Shown one piece after another: positions 17,783 to 27,699 of a DNA stretch of 64,000 bases. The notes beneath the pieces are model-generated. The model was not told where the DNA came from and searched no databases. It worked only from the letters and a program-made list of their open reading frames with translations. The DNA comes from Cyanophyceae cyanobacterium (lineage in GTDB: Bacteria; Cyanobacteriota; Cyanobacteriia; Cyanobacteriales; JBHJGN01). The stretch covers positions 96,001 to 160,000 of the forward strand of contig JBHJGN010000011.1 in the NCBI GenBank assembly GCA_050331735.1, written 5' to 3'. Numbering within the stretch: the first letter of the stretch is position 1; each line of letters begins with the position of its first letter. A program made the position numbers and the translations under genes.

Positions 17783-19000
17783 TTAAAAAACAGTCCCGTC
17801 GCTGTCGAGCAAAATGGGCGGGGGGCCTCCCGGTCTTAATTCCCGAGCAATGCGCCGTCCGGCACTCCAGGTTCCGCCTTCCAAAACCTTCATCAGGGGC
17901 AGCTCAGTGCTGCTGACGTTCAGCTTTTGCCGCATCCGTTCTGCTATCAGGTCGAGACAGACAAGGGTTAGAGCCCGCCATTCCACAATGACCTCAGAAC
18001 TAGGAAGATGAGCCTGACCCAGAATCTCGGCATGCTTAGGCTGTAACAAACCGAGATCAACACAGAGTCCGCCGTTGCGGTATTCCGCTAACCCTGTTAA
18101 GCCATCTAGCTCACCGATGGTTAAGCCCGCCTCGGTCAAGGGTTCTACTAAAGAGTAGGTAAGCCACTGAGACAGCTTGTGAAACGGGACAAACTCGGCA
18201 TATGGCTCTCCTGCTAAGGCGGAATGAGTCCAGACATCGCCAAGATTAACGCCGTCGGTTTCCAGTCGTCCCGGCCAAATTGAGCCAAAGCTCTTGAGTA
18301 CCTCGGTTAGCAGAGCCGCCGCTTTCAGGTGGCTGCCGTAGTGGTGCTGAAAATAGTCAATCAGGTTTCCTGGACGAGCCGGATAACCAAATCGCTCTGG
18401 CTGCGCGGCTAGGGCTTGACCGAGCTGTTGCAGCAGCTTGAGTCGTCCCGAGATGCCGACTAACGGATTTGTGGGGCTGATCTGAAGTCCGGCCTGGAGC
18501 TGAGCCTCACTCAAGTGCTGTAAGCCTGGAGCATCGACCTGATGGGGCTGCTGAGGAGTGCCCGAGAAAGCGCCCTGACAAAACATCTGGTAGCTCGCAA
18601 CGGCTAACCCTTCAGACCGAGCAAAGGTTTGACCCGAAGCGGCCTCGCTATAGCGCCAGTCAGGCCCCGCGCCAGCATCGAGCAACACGCTGACCACGGC
18701 CAGATCAACTTTCGCTTTAGCGGCCACGCGGGCTGAGCTTAACGCCTCGTCAAGCTGCTGCTGGCGGGGAACGCCCCCAACGTCAAAGTGTCGCCAGCGG
18801 CTGTGGAAAGGTACATTCCCGTTCGGGTACTGCTCCTGCATCGTCGCAATTACGTAGTCAGCTACGCGGTCGAGCTGAGAGGGATCGTAGCGGAAATGGG
18901 CAAGCTGCTCCCGACAGCAGCGGTCGAAAAGCTGCTGAGTGCGATCGCGAACGGCCTGGGGGCTGAGGAGGTAGTCGAGGGCAGAGGCTGTCACCGTCAT
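17783..19000 (-). CDS. URC4/Urg3 family protein (DUF1688)
   Basis: PFHSRWRHF, SVLLDAGAG, RSEGLAVAS, FHKLSQWLTYSL, LTGLAEYRNGGL and terminal SDGTVF. Confidence 0.9.
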   Translation of the reverse strand: MTVTASALDYLLSPQAVRDRTQQLFDRCCREQLAHFRYDPSQLDRVADYVIATMQEQYPNGNVPFHSRWRHFDVGGVPRQQQLDEALSSARVAAKAKVDLAVVSVLLDAGAGPDWRYSEAASGQTFARSEGLAVASYQMFCQGAFSGTPQQPHQVDAPGLQHLSEAQLQAGLQISPTNPLVGISGRLKLLQQLGQALAAQPERFGYPARPGNLIDYFQHHYGSHLKAAALLTEVLKSFGSIWPGRLETDGVNLGDVWTHSALAGEPYAEFVPFHKLSQWLTYSLVEPLTEAGLTIGELDGLTGLAEYRNGGLCVDLGLLQPKHAEILGQAHLPSSEVIVEWRALTLVCLDLIAERMRQKLNVSSTELPLMKVLEGGTWSAGRRIARELRPGGPPPILLDSDGTVF

Positions 19001-20263
19001 CTAATCTGCCAACTCCCGACCGCGAATCTGAGCCAGTTCTTCCTCACTCAGAACCGTATCTTCTGAGTAATACCCGGCGGCCTTTTTAGCGTTGATTTCC
19101 ACCTGGGCATCGGGGGGAATCAGGTCTTCAGGAATGGTAATCCGTTCGCCAATTTCGATCCCCGACTTCACAATCGCATCATACTTAAGGTTGCTCATCG
19201 ACACAAACTGGTCGATGCGCGTGATGCCCAGCCAGTGCAGGACGTCCGGCATCAGTTCCTGAAAGCGCACGTCCTGTACGCCCGCGACGCACTCGGTGCG
19301 GGCAAAATAGGCATCCGCGCGATCGCCCCCGGCCTGACGCTTGCGCGCGTTATATACTAGGAATTTGGTCACTTCTCCCAGCGCCCGTCCTTCTTTACGG
19401 GAGTAGATAATCACGCCAGCCCCACCCGCCTGGGCCTGGGCCACCGCCATTTCTACGCCGTGAACCAGGTAGGGGCGACAGGTACAGATATCAGAGCCAA
19501 ACACGTCAGAGCCGTTACATTCATCGTGAACTCTAACAGACAGGGGCCGCTGGGAATCGGCGATCGCAGCAAGGTCGCCCACTAAATAGACGGTCAAACC
19601 GCCAATCGGAGGCAGAAAGACCTCAAGATCGGAACGGGTGACTAGTTCTGGGTACATCCCTCCCGTCTGCTCAAAGAGGGTGTGGCGTAGCGACCCCTCA
19701 TCCACTCCAAAGCGCTGCGCGATCCCCGGGAGATGCCACACCGGTTCAATGGCCGCTTTGGTCACGACTAAATCCCCTCCTGCTCTTAAAATCGTGCCGT
19801 CGATCTCTAAGCGGCCCTGACGCACCGCTTCCTGAAGCTCTGGCATGTTGATGTGGGCTTTGGTAATAGCGATGGTCGGTCGGATATCGTATCCTTGTTC
19901 GATTAAATCTGCATAAATTTCGCTGACCAAGGCTCCAAACGGGTCGAGAGAGACAATCCTATGGGCATCGCCCCAGCTTGGATGGGGACCGATGGCGTGA
20001 GTGGGGTCTGTGTGGGTAAAGTCCGGTCGATGATCGGCCTGAAGCGAGCCGTTCGCGATCGCCAACGCTCGATACACAGCATAGGCCCCAGAATGAGTGC
20101 CGACAACATTGCGATGGGCCGGATTAGCGAGCGTAGCAATAATCGGACCGCGCTGAACGGGATCGGAATGACCCCACTGAATGGGCACGCTATTGGTGCC
20201 AATGCGACCGGGATGGGAGGTCAGGATAATCGGCTTGCGATGCTTTCGAGGCTGGGTTGGCAT
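19001..20263 (-). CDS. URC1/Urg1-type GTP cyclohydrolase II-like protein
   Basis: N-terminal extension (RNVVGTHSGAYAVYRAL, DIRPTIAITKAH), Zn motif RVHDECNGSDVFGSDICTC and KEGRALGEVTK. Its stop abuts the URC4 ATG. Confidence 0.9.
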   Translation of the reverse strand: MPTQPRKHRKPIILTSHPGRIGTNSVPIQWGHSDPVQRGPIIATLANPAHRNVVGTHSGAYAVYRALAIANGSLQADHRPDFTHTDPTHAIGPHPSWGDAHRIVSLDPFGALVSEIYADLIEQGYDIRPTIAITKAHINMPELQEAVRQGRLEIDGTILRAGGDLVVTKAAIEPVWHLPGIAQRFGVDEGSLRHTLFEQTGGMYPELVTRSDLEVFLPPIGGLTVYLVGDLAAIADSQRPLSVRVHDECNGSDVFGSDICTCRPYLVHGVEMAVAQAQAGGAGVIIYSRKEGRALGEVTKFLVYNARKRQAGGDRADAYFARTECVAGVQDVRFQELMPDVLHWLGITRIDQFVSMSNLKYDAIVKSGIEIGERITIPEDLIPPDAQVEINAKKAAGYYSEDTVLSEEELAQIRGRELAD

Positions 20264-20393
20264 GGTGACGAGGAGTTCTAGAAACTAGAAAAAATCATTC
20301 TAGCTCGTTTAGTTCAGCGTTCGCTGTAACCCAGCAAGCATTCTTCTTCTGCTTTGCTCAGCTCTAAGCGGGCGAGGGAAGCGCTGTAGCTTA

Positions 20394-20447
20394 GGGGAAA
20401 GGGGAAGGGGCAAAGGAATTAATTTAATTCCTTTTTCTCTTACCTTT
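20394..20447. terminator. Hairpin with flanking purine/pyrimidine tracts between the AEC transporter and the URC operon
   Basis: AAAGGAATTA-ATT-TAATTCCTTT (20412-20434), extended by GGGGAAAGGGGAAGGGG and TTCTCTTACCTTT. Confidence 0.45.
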
Positions 20448-20465
20448 GAAAAACTGGCCTTGCGG

Positions 20466-21353
20466 TTAACTAATCACCCACAGTACTAGCGGCAGCGTGA
20501 TGAAGCTAACCAGCGTTGAGCAAACGATGGTTCTCGAGACGCGCGGAGCATCGCCACCAAATTCTGTGACCATGACGAAGGTGTTGACGGCAGTGGGCAT
20601 AGCGCTTTGGAGCACTAACACCTGGAGGTTAAGCGTTTCTAGCCCCATGAATCTACCCACAGCATAGGCGATCGCTGGTCCCCCCACTAAACGCAGCGCT
20701 GCCGCTAATCCTTCCTCTGTGCCGACGGCAAAGCGATCACGTCCGAGCTGCATGCCGAGCATGACCAACGACACGGGGATCGCGGCTTGACCCAGTTGGT
20801 CGATGCCTTGGTCGAGTCCAAAGGGGAGCTGACCCGGGAAGAGCCGCAGGCTAAAGCCAGCCAGCATGGCCCAGAGAAAAGGAAGTTTGAGCGTCATCGA
20901 AATTCCGTACCCCCACCCTTTCCCCTGAAGAAGTGCTGGACAAACAGCATACATCAACAGCGCTGAGGCCAGCAGATAAATGACGGCTCGTTCTAATCCA
21001 GCCTCCCCAAGAACAAAGGCCACAACCGGAAGACCGAGATTACCCGTATTCGGAAATATAGTCGTGACAATTAAGCTCTGACGAAACGCGGCTGGTCGCT
21101 GAAGCAGTGTGCCGACTCCCCAAGCCATGCCGTAAAGCACCGAGGCCGTGAGGGCATATCCTGCTAGCAAACTTGCTGCACTGCGGACGGATATTGTGGT
21201 TTGATACAGACTGCTGATAATCAGAGCGGGAGAAAGCACATAAACGATCAGTTGAGACAACGTTTGACGCTCTAAAGCAAGCGATCGCTGGGCAACAAAG
21301 CCAACTAAAATGATTAAGCCAACGGGAAGAATAGCGGGTAAAAAGGCGCTCAT
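20466..21353 (-). CDS. AEC (auxin efflux carrier) family transporter
   Basis: FPNTGNLGLP, AIPVSLVMLG and QSAMPTAVN motifs; about 10 TM helices. Confidence 0.9.
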   Translation of the reverse strand: MSAFLPAILPVGLIILVGFVAQRSLALERQTLSQLIVYVLSPALIISSLYQTTISVRSAASLLAGYALTASVLYGMAWGVGTLLQRPAAFRQSLIVTTIFPNTGNLGLPVVAFVLGEAGLERAVIYLLASALLMYAVCPALLQGKGWGYGISMTLKLPFLWAMLAGFSLRLFPGQLPFGLDQGIDQLGQAAIPVSLVMLGMQLGRDRFAVGTEEGLAAALRLVGGPAIAYAVGRFMGLETLNLQVLVLQSAMPTAVNTFVMVTEFGGDAPRVSRTIVCSTLVSFITLPLVLWVIS

Positions 21354-21568
21354 GAATGAGATTTCTGACAGAAATCAGGGGAAAGGGTCAGGGGGAAAGG
21401 GGCAAGGGAACTTCGATAAACACTGAGCTATCAATAAATCACCCACTCACGAAAGCTTGGGAAAAGGGCATAGGAGCCAGGAATCACTTGCCATCAACGA
21501 TCAACTATTGACAATTCACAAAAATCTAGAATCTAAAAGTCCTTCACTCCGTTGAGAACCGCGTGAGC

Positions 21569-22441
21569 TCAATCGCTCGCGGCGACTCGAAAACCGATAT
21601 TGTATAAAGAAGCCTCTGCCTCAAATTTAGTCCGATATCCGCAGCGGCATTTGTGCGGTCCATCGTTCCACGAACCGCCCCGCAAGACTTTTCTAGAGCT
21701 GTCCTGATGGTTTTCCCAAGGAGCGGCCTTGGTTGGCGCCCCCCCATAAGAGCGATGCCAATCATCCGCACACCATTCTCTGACGTTACCGTGGAGATCG
21801 TAGAGCCCAAACCGATTGGCAACTCCAAAACCTCCGACAGGAGTTGTTTCCCGGCGGTCTTCGCCTAACGGTCCTTCTCCATAAGAGCCGGGACTGCATA
21901 TTTTGCCAAAATACTCCCAGTTCACTCCAGAATAATTAGCGAGTTCAGTGGTGATTGTTTCTCCAAAATGAAACGGAGTTTGGGTAGCCCCACGACAGGC
22001 ATACTCCCATTCGGCTTCACTGGGGAGTCGATACTCGCGTCCCGTCTGCTGAGACAGCCGAGCGCAGAACTCGACCGCATCGTACCAGGAAACTTGTTCT
22101 ACAGGTCGCTGTGCTCCTTGAAAGCTAGCGGGATTAGGGTTAAGAGAGCGCTCAATTTTTGGGTAGGCAGCTACGGCTTGCCACTGAGCCTGAGTTACCG
22201 GATACTTCCCGATGGCAAAGGAATAAACCGTCACCTCTCGCTGTGGACCTTGAGTTCTGTGCCATCCTGCTTCACCGGTGGGAGAGCCCATGTTAAACAT
22301 GCCGCCTGCGATCGCGACGACTTCTAAAGTCACCTCTTTCGCGAGGTCTTCGAGGCGCTGATGGGCCGTTTCTTGAGTGCGCTTGATGGGTTGCCCTTGG
22401 GGATTAACGATGACGACATCGAACTTAAATGGTGACAGCAT
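21569..22441 (-). CDS. Formylglycine-generating enzyme (SUMF1/FGE-sulfatase) domain protein
   Basis: FNMGSP, PVEQVSWYDA, RLPSEAEWEYACRG, NRFGLYDLHGNVREW, RGGSW and IGFRV motifs. Confidence 0.92.
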   Translation of the reverse strand: MLSPFKFDVVIVNPQGQPIKRTQETAHQRLEDLAKEVTLEVVAIAGGMFNMGSPTGEAGWHRTQGPQREVTVYSFAIGKYPVTQAQWQAVAAYPKIERSLNPNPASFQGAQRPVEQVSWYDAVEFCARLSQQTGREYRLPSEAEWEYACRGATQTPFHFGETITTELANYSGVNWEYFGKICSPGSYGEGPLGEDRRETTPVGGFGVANRFGLYDLHGNVREWCADDWHRSYGGAPTKAAPWENHQDSSRKVLRGGSWNDGPHKCRCGYRTKFEAEASLYNIGFRVAASD

Positions 22442-22535
22442 CAGTTGGTCAGCAGTGCATTTTCACTGATCATACGCTGACTTTTAGCTCCAGAACGACA
22501 GGCAGAGAAGAGGCGATCTTGATTCTCTATTGATT

Positions 22536-22580
22536 GAGAGACTGCGGCAGCAGCTAGAAGCTTGCCCGCAGCAGTCTCTC
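22536..22580. terminator. 10-bp inverted repeat downstream of the chelatase gene
   Basis: GAGAGACTGC ... GCAGTCTCTC. Confidence 0.5.
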
Positions 22581-22595
22581 GGTCAGGATGCTCTG

Positions 22596-23717
22596 CTAGT
22601 GATGATGGTGATGGTGAGACGCGGTAGCGGATGCTAGCTGTGGATTGATGCTAACGCCTTCTTCAGACAGTAGAGACTCGATCGAAGCATCAGCCCAGTT
22701 AGCCGCCATTGTGAGAAATTCTGGGCGGTCGTTGACGCAGGGCATCTGCACAAACTGAACGTTCTTAGTCCGATGTTGCAGGTGATGAATGATATGCTCC
22801 ACATCGAGAAGGGTTTCGTGGTTTTCGGTCGCAAAACCAATCGGCATCATCACGATGGCTCTTGCCCCTAAATCAATCAAGTTTTTCGCCGCTAATTCGG
22901 CATTTGGCTGGGTCCATTCAATAAGCGGCGTATCGTGGTTGAGCCAGCCGACAGAAATGAGGGGATACTTGCTAATCAGCTTTTCCCGGACGCTCTCGTA
23001 GAGGGCTTGGCTTTCGTCGATCCCGGAGGTAAAGCCTTTGGCTTTATGCGGACAGCCGTGATTCATCAGCACAATCCCGATTTGAGAAGGCAGATGAGAC
23101 TGGGCTAACTCCGCCGCAATTTTTTCCTCGACCATCTGCGCTAGCAAATCGATGTAGGCCGGTTCGTTATAGAACGAGGGAATGTAGCGCGTTCCCTTGA
23201 GCCAGTGTTCTTCGCCTTCTGCCAGTTTGGAGAGGGCCGCGTTGACCTGCTCAACGGCAATGCCGCTGGTGAAGATAGAATCGACCACTAAGAGCGGGTA
23301 AATCAGGAGCTTGTCGAAGCCTTGTGCTTTCACCTGTTCGAGCACCTGCTCGGGGAGAAAGGGAGCGCAGAAGTTGAACGCTTTGAAAACCTGAAGGCGA
23401 TCGCCCCATTTTTTCTGGAGCTCCTGCTCAATGCCGGCTCGCTGCGCTTCAAAAATCTGGTTGTGAGGAGAAATAAAGTTATTGTGCTGGTGACTCCACT
23501 CGTGGAAGTCAAACAGGGCCAGTAGCTTGGCCAGAGGCGGATAAATCCAACTTGGTACTGGCGCGAACTTCGCCGTCAGAAGATTTAACGCCTGCTCGTT
23601 GTAGTTGGCAAAATCTTTGTAGCTTTCTACTTCACCATAGCCCATCAGTAAGACCGCGACGCGATCTTTGCTGTTTACTGCTCTGTCGCTTGTCTGTTTT
23701 TCTGGTGTTGCAACCAC
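22596..23717 (-). CDS. hemH: Ferrochelatase-family chelatase, without CAB domain, with C-terminal His6
   Basis: AVLLMGYGE, catalytic HG (MNHGCP), WTQP, PIGFATENHETLLDV and PCVND. Ends ASHHHHHH. Confidence 0.75.
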   Translation of the reverse strand: MVATPEKQTSDRAVNSKDRVAVLLMGYGEVESYKDFANYNEQALNLLTAKFAPVPSWIYPPLAKLLALFDFHEWSHQHNNFISPHNQIFEAQRAGIEQELQKKWGDRLQVFKAFNFCAPFLPEQVLEQVKAQGFDKLLIYPLLVVDSIFTSGIAVEQVNAALSKLAEGEEHWLKGTRYIPSFYNEPAYIDLLAQMVEEKIAAELAQSHLPSQIGIVLMNHGCPHKAKGFTSGIDESQALYESVREKLISKYPLISVGWLNHDTPLIEWTQPNAELAAKNLIDLGARAIVMMPIGFATENHETLLDVEHIIHHLQHRTKNVQFVQMPCVNDRPEFLTMAANWADASIESLLSEEGVSINPQLASATASHHHHHH

Positions 23718-23877
23718 GGAATACTCCTAAGCTTGTCAAAAATTTTAGTGAGGTACTTCAGGGTAAAACCTTAAAGACTGATGCACCATTCCTTAGACTA
23801 GCATCCCCACCCAGGGGATCGCGCGAAAGTGGTCATAATCTTCGGATGATTTTTATAATTGGTCGTTCCTCTCTATT

Positions 23878-25284
23878 TTGCCGATTGTGTTTTTAACCCG
23901 TTGCTGTTTCGTCCTGACGACTTTAATCTTACTGAACGCCTGCCAAAAGAAACCTCAAGTTCAACGACCTCAGCCACTCCCGCAAGACCCTGCTATTCAG
24001 GTGTACTTCAACCACAATCAGGCGCAGGGAGCCGACTATACAGAACCCTATCGGCAAACCCAACGTGCAGGAGACGATTTAGAGGATGTAATTGTCGAAG
24101 CGGTCGCCTCTGCTCAGGCTACCGTTGATGTCGCTGTGCAAGAGTTTAACCTTCCAAGAATTGCTCAAGTACTGGCAGAACGCCACCGAGCAGGCGTTCA
24201 AGTCAGAGTAATTCTAGAAAACAACTACAGTCGCCCCTGGAGCGAGCTGAGTTCGTCTGAAGTCGGGCAACTAGATTCTAGAAACCGCGGACGCTACAGC
24301 GAGTTTTTGGCTTTGGTAGATAGTAACCAGGATGGACAGCTCAGCGCTCAAGAAATCGCTCAAGGAGATGCTTTAGTGATGCTCCGCAACGTTGGCATCC
24401 CTGTCATAGACGACACAGCAGATGGTTCCAAAGGCAGCGGCTTGATGCACCATAAATTTGCTATCATCGATGGAGCCACCGTCCTCACTGGCTCTAACAA
24501 CTGGACCATCAGTGGCACCCACGGTGATTTCAGCGCCCCTGACAGTCGCGGAAATGCCAACAATCTCTTGAAAATCGACAGTTCTCGTCTTGCTAGCCTC
24601 TTTCAAGAAGAGTTTAATGTGATGTGGGGAGATGGTCCTGGAGGTCAAACGGATAGCAAGTTTGGAGTCAAGAAACCGCTGAGAGCACTACGAACTATTC
24701 CGGTCGGAACATCGAGTGTTACAGTCCAGTTTTCGCCTTCTTCTGCTAGTCAACCCTGGACTGCTACTAGCAACGGCTTGATTGGTCAAACCCTACAAAA
24801 CGCGACTAATTCTATTCGTTTAGCGCTATTCGTGTTCTCAGAGCAGAAGCTCGCCGATATTCTCGAAACCGAGCATCAGCAAGGCGTAGACATTAAAGCG
24901 CTTATCGATCCTGGCTTTGCCTTTCGCTCCTACAGTGAAGGACTCGATCTGTTGGGAGTCGCCCTCAGTAACAAATGCCAGTACGAAAAAGCCAATCGTC
25001 CCTGGCAGAATGCGATCGCTACTGTCGGTGTTCCCCAACTTCCCCAAGGAGATAAACTGCATCACAAGTACGGAGTGGTCGATGAGCACATCGTCATTAC
25101 CGGTTCTCACAACTGGTCTGCCGCCGCCAACAACACGAACGACGAAACGGTATTAGTTATTCAAAGTCCTACCGTCGCAGCTCATTTTGTGCGGGAGTTC
25201 GAGCGCCTCTACAGCCAAGCCGTGCTAGGAGTCCCGGTTTGGGTTCAGAAAAAGATGGAGGCAGAACAGCAACAATGTCCTTAG
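23878..25284 (+). CDS. Phospholipase D/nuclease family lipoprotein, ComA (Slr0197)-like
   Basis: Lipobox LLNAC, two HKD motifs (HHKFAIID, HHKYGVVD) and EF-hand-like DSNQDGQLSAQE. Confidence 0.82.
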   Translation: MPIVFLTRCCFVLTTLILLNACQKKPQVQRPQPLPQDPAIQVYFNHNQAQGADYTEPYRQTQRAGDDLEDVIVEAVASAQATVDVAVQEFNLPRIAQVLAERHRAGVQVRVILENNYSRPWSELSSSEVGQLDSRNRGRYSEFLALVDSNQDGQLSAQEIAQGDALVMLRNVGIPVIDDTADGSKGSGLMHHKFAIIDGATVLTGSNNWTISGTHGDFSAPDSRGNANNLLKIDSSRLASLFQEEFNVMWGDGPGGQTDSKFGVKKPLRALRTIPVGTSSVTVQFSPSSASQPWTATSNGLIGQTLQNATNSIRLALFVFSEQKLADILETEHQQGVDIKALIDPGFAFRSYSEGLDLLGVALSNKCQYEKANRPWQNAIATVGVPQLPQGDKLHHKYGVVDEHIVITGSHNWSAAANNTNDETVLVIQSPTVAAHFVREFERLYSQAVLGVPVWVQKKMEAEQQQCP

Positions 25285-25567
25285 TTCGGTTTAAGCCAAA
25301 ATGGGGAGTTAAATAAAAGAAGCCGCGATCGTCATCTGCTTTTACAAGAGGACGGAAAAGAACGAGAGTTGATTGTTGCTTAGTCCCTGACAAATTAGCT
25401 AGCTTCGGTGCGGTCGAGGTTCAGCACCCAGGGTTGAGAAACGTTAATGTCTGGTGAGCTTGGTCGTTATGCGGAAGGTTTTAGGGGAGGCGATGTGCAG
25501 AAGTTGTCTGTAAGGCGATGAGTAACCGAGCGTTAAGCTAACAAAGTGATTGCAGAGGGGAGGATCA

Positions 25568-25750
25568 ATGATTTATATGGTCATTGAGTATTTCAATGCA
25601 GGCGCAGCGGTTGACATTTATCGTCGTGCCCGTGATCGCGGTCGTCAACTACCACCAGGTCTTGAGTATGTGGACAGTTGGGTAGATTTAAACTATTTCC
25701 GGTGCTTCCAACTTATGCGAACGAATGACCGAGCCTTATTTGATGTTTAG
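25568..25750 (+). pseudogene. Truncated DUF3303-like protein
   Basis: MIYMVIEYF..YRRARDRGRQLPPGLEYVDSWVD..RCFQLMRTND stops after ~60 aa, whereas the family is typically ~90-100 aa. Strong RBS (GAGGGGAGG). Confidence 0.6.
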
Positions 25751-25827
25751 TAAGCGGTTACCGATTGCTGATTGCTAGTGCTTAATGAGCGATCGCTGGC
25801 CAAACCAACGTGGTAACTGATAACTGC

Positions 25828-27633
25828 TCACTTCCGCCATCGCCGCCATTGCCCTCTAGAAACGGCGAGATATCTGCGGGCATGGGTGAGAGGATTGAGA
25901 TATCTCTTGAGCAAAGAAGTGAGATCGTGGGGCTGAGGTGATCGCCATTCGCCCATCGAGTTTAAGCGGCCAGAAAGAAACTGCTCCCGGCAGGCAGAGC
26001 GCTGCACCTTACCGCTCGAGGTTTTGGGGAGAGTTCCGGGCTTAAGAAGAGCGATCGCATAAACATCTAGAAAGTGTTCTTGAAAGATTGCCCAGCGAAC
26101 CGTCTCAACGACTTCCTCGACTACGAGCGCTTGCTGATGGCTGCGCTCTACTTCTTGAGCCACCGCGAGCCGTTCTTCTCCCGCCACCTCAACCGCAAAA
26201 GCGGCTCCGCCGTGAGGACGAAAGGCACGATGGCAAGCGGCGACCGTTTGCTCGATCTGCTCAGGGTAGTAGCTAAATCCCCAAAACATCATCACCTCCT
26301 TGAGACGACCCGTGATAAATAGCTCCCCTTCCTGGAGAAAGCCCAAATCCCCAGTTCTTAGCCACGGACCCTCGCCAGATAAATAAGCCTGAAAAGTCTG
26401 CTCTGTTGCTTCGCTTTGGTTCCAGTATCCTTTGCCAACGCTCGGACTAGAAACCCAAATTTCCCCAACTTCGTTCTCGGCACAGGGACGGCCATGCCCA
26501 CCGACAATCACAATCTGCGTGTCTAGCCAGGCTCGACCGCACCCTACCAGTGCCCGTCCCTGTCGCTGGCTATCCACTCGATTCTGTTTAAGAGCAGATG
26601 GCTGAACGTGCTGAACAACAGGCGGTTGTGACTTTAGCCCCCCGGTAATAAATAAGGTGGCTTCAGCCATTCCATAGCAGGGGTAAAAGGCTGCTTGCCG
26701 AAAGCCGCAGGACTGGAACTCGGCAGTAAACCGCTCGATGGTTTCTGCTCGCACCGCTTCCGCCCCACAGAAAGCCACCTCCCAACTGTCTAAATCCAAC
26801 TTCTGCTTCTGGGCATCGGTAACGTGACGACAGAGGAGGTCGTAGGCAAAATTAGGAGCGCCGCTGGTGGTGGCCCGGTAGCGCGAAATGGCCTGAAGCC
26901 AGCGAACGGGTTTCTGCACAAAGGCAAACGGCGACATCAAAATGCTGTGTGCCCCAACGTAGAGACCCTGTAAAACATTCCCAAACAGTCCCATGTCGTG
27001 AAAGAGCGGCAGCCAGCTCACCCCCACCGATGCTGCCGAGTGGCCAAAAGCTAGCTGGAGCAGCTTTTGGTTGTGCAGAATGCAGCCATGTGTGAGCATC
27101 ACTCCTTTAGGAGTGCCAGTGGAGCCAGAGGTGTACTGAATAAAGGCCAGAGTATCGTCACTCAGTTCTGGTCTCCGCCATTCTGCTGAGGATGGCAGGC
27201 GGTCTGTAGTTATCCACTGGAGGGAGGGAGCCTCTGGTGAGAGCAGCCTTCTCAGCTTCGTCAGCCGCGATGTCTGCGATAGGACGATCTGCGGTTGGCA
27301 ATCAGCAAGGCGAGTTTTGAGGTCTGTTACTGCCGGACGGGTTTGGGGGGGATGGCTGGAGACAGCAACAACGCCAGCATACAAACACCCAAAGAACGCG
27401 GCAATAAAGTCTAATCCGGCACTATAGTCGTAGATCAGCAGGGCGCGATCGCCCGGTTTAACCAGAAAGCTGAGAGCGGCAGCGATCGTTCTTGCCTGCT
27501 GATCTAATTCTTGGTAAGTGACGCTGGCTGATTCGGCCTCTTTTAGAAAAGTATAGGCCGTTTGCTGCGGCTGGCATTGCGCTCGCTGGTGCAGGAGATC
27601 GACCAATGTTAAGGGTTGAGTTTGAGTCGGCAT
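25828..27633 (-). CDS. Fatty acyl-AMP ligase (FAAL)
   Basis: QYTSGSTGTPKG, SWLPLFHDMGL, YPCYGMAEATLF, LRTGDLGF and LPKTSSGK motifs. Confidence 0.92.
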   Translation of the reverse strand: MPTQTQPLTLVDLLHQRAQCQPQQTAYTFLKEAESASVTYQELDQQARTIAAALSFLVKPGDRALLIYDYSAGLDFIAAFFGCLYAGVVAVSSHPPQTRPAVTDLKTRLADCQPQIVLSQTSRLTKLRRLLSPEAPSLQWITTDRLPSSAEWRRPELSDDTLAFIQYTSGSTGTPKGVMLTHGCILHNQKLLQLAFGHSAASVGVSWLPLFHDMGLFGNVLQGLYVGAHSILMSPFAFVQKPVRWLQAISRYRATTSGAPNFAYDLLCRHVTDAQKQKLDLDSWEVAFCGAEAVRAETIERFTAEFQSCGFRQAAFYPCYGMAEATLFITGGLKSQPPVVQHVQPSALKQNRVDSQRQGRALVGCGRAWLDTQIVIVGGHGRPCAENEVGEIWVSSPSVGKGYWNQSEATEQTFQAYLSGEGPWLRTGDLGFLQEGELFITGRLKEVMMFWGFSYYPEQIEQTVAACHRAFRPHGGAAFAVEVAGEERLAVAQEVERSHQQALVVEEVVETVRWAIFQEHFLDVYAIALLKPGTLPKTSSGKVQRSACREQFLSGRLNSMGEWRSPQPHDLTSLLKRYLNPLTHARRYLAVSRGQWRRWRK

Positions 27634-27699
27634 TGGCTATGGCAATTCATTCAACTACTATACTGGAGAATCTTTTTGGCTCAATTGAGCAGCAGCACT

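Noticed and set aside
19001..20263. Calling this gene ribA
   Set aside because: The long URC1-type N-terminal domain and the URC4/upp context point to the uracil-catabolism family.
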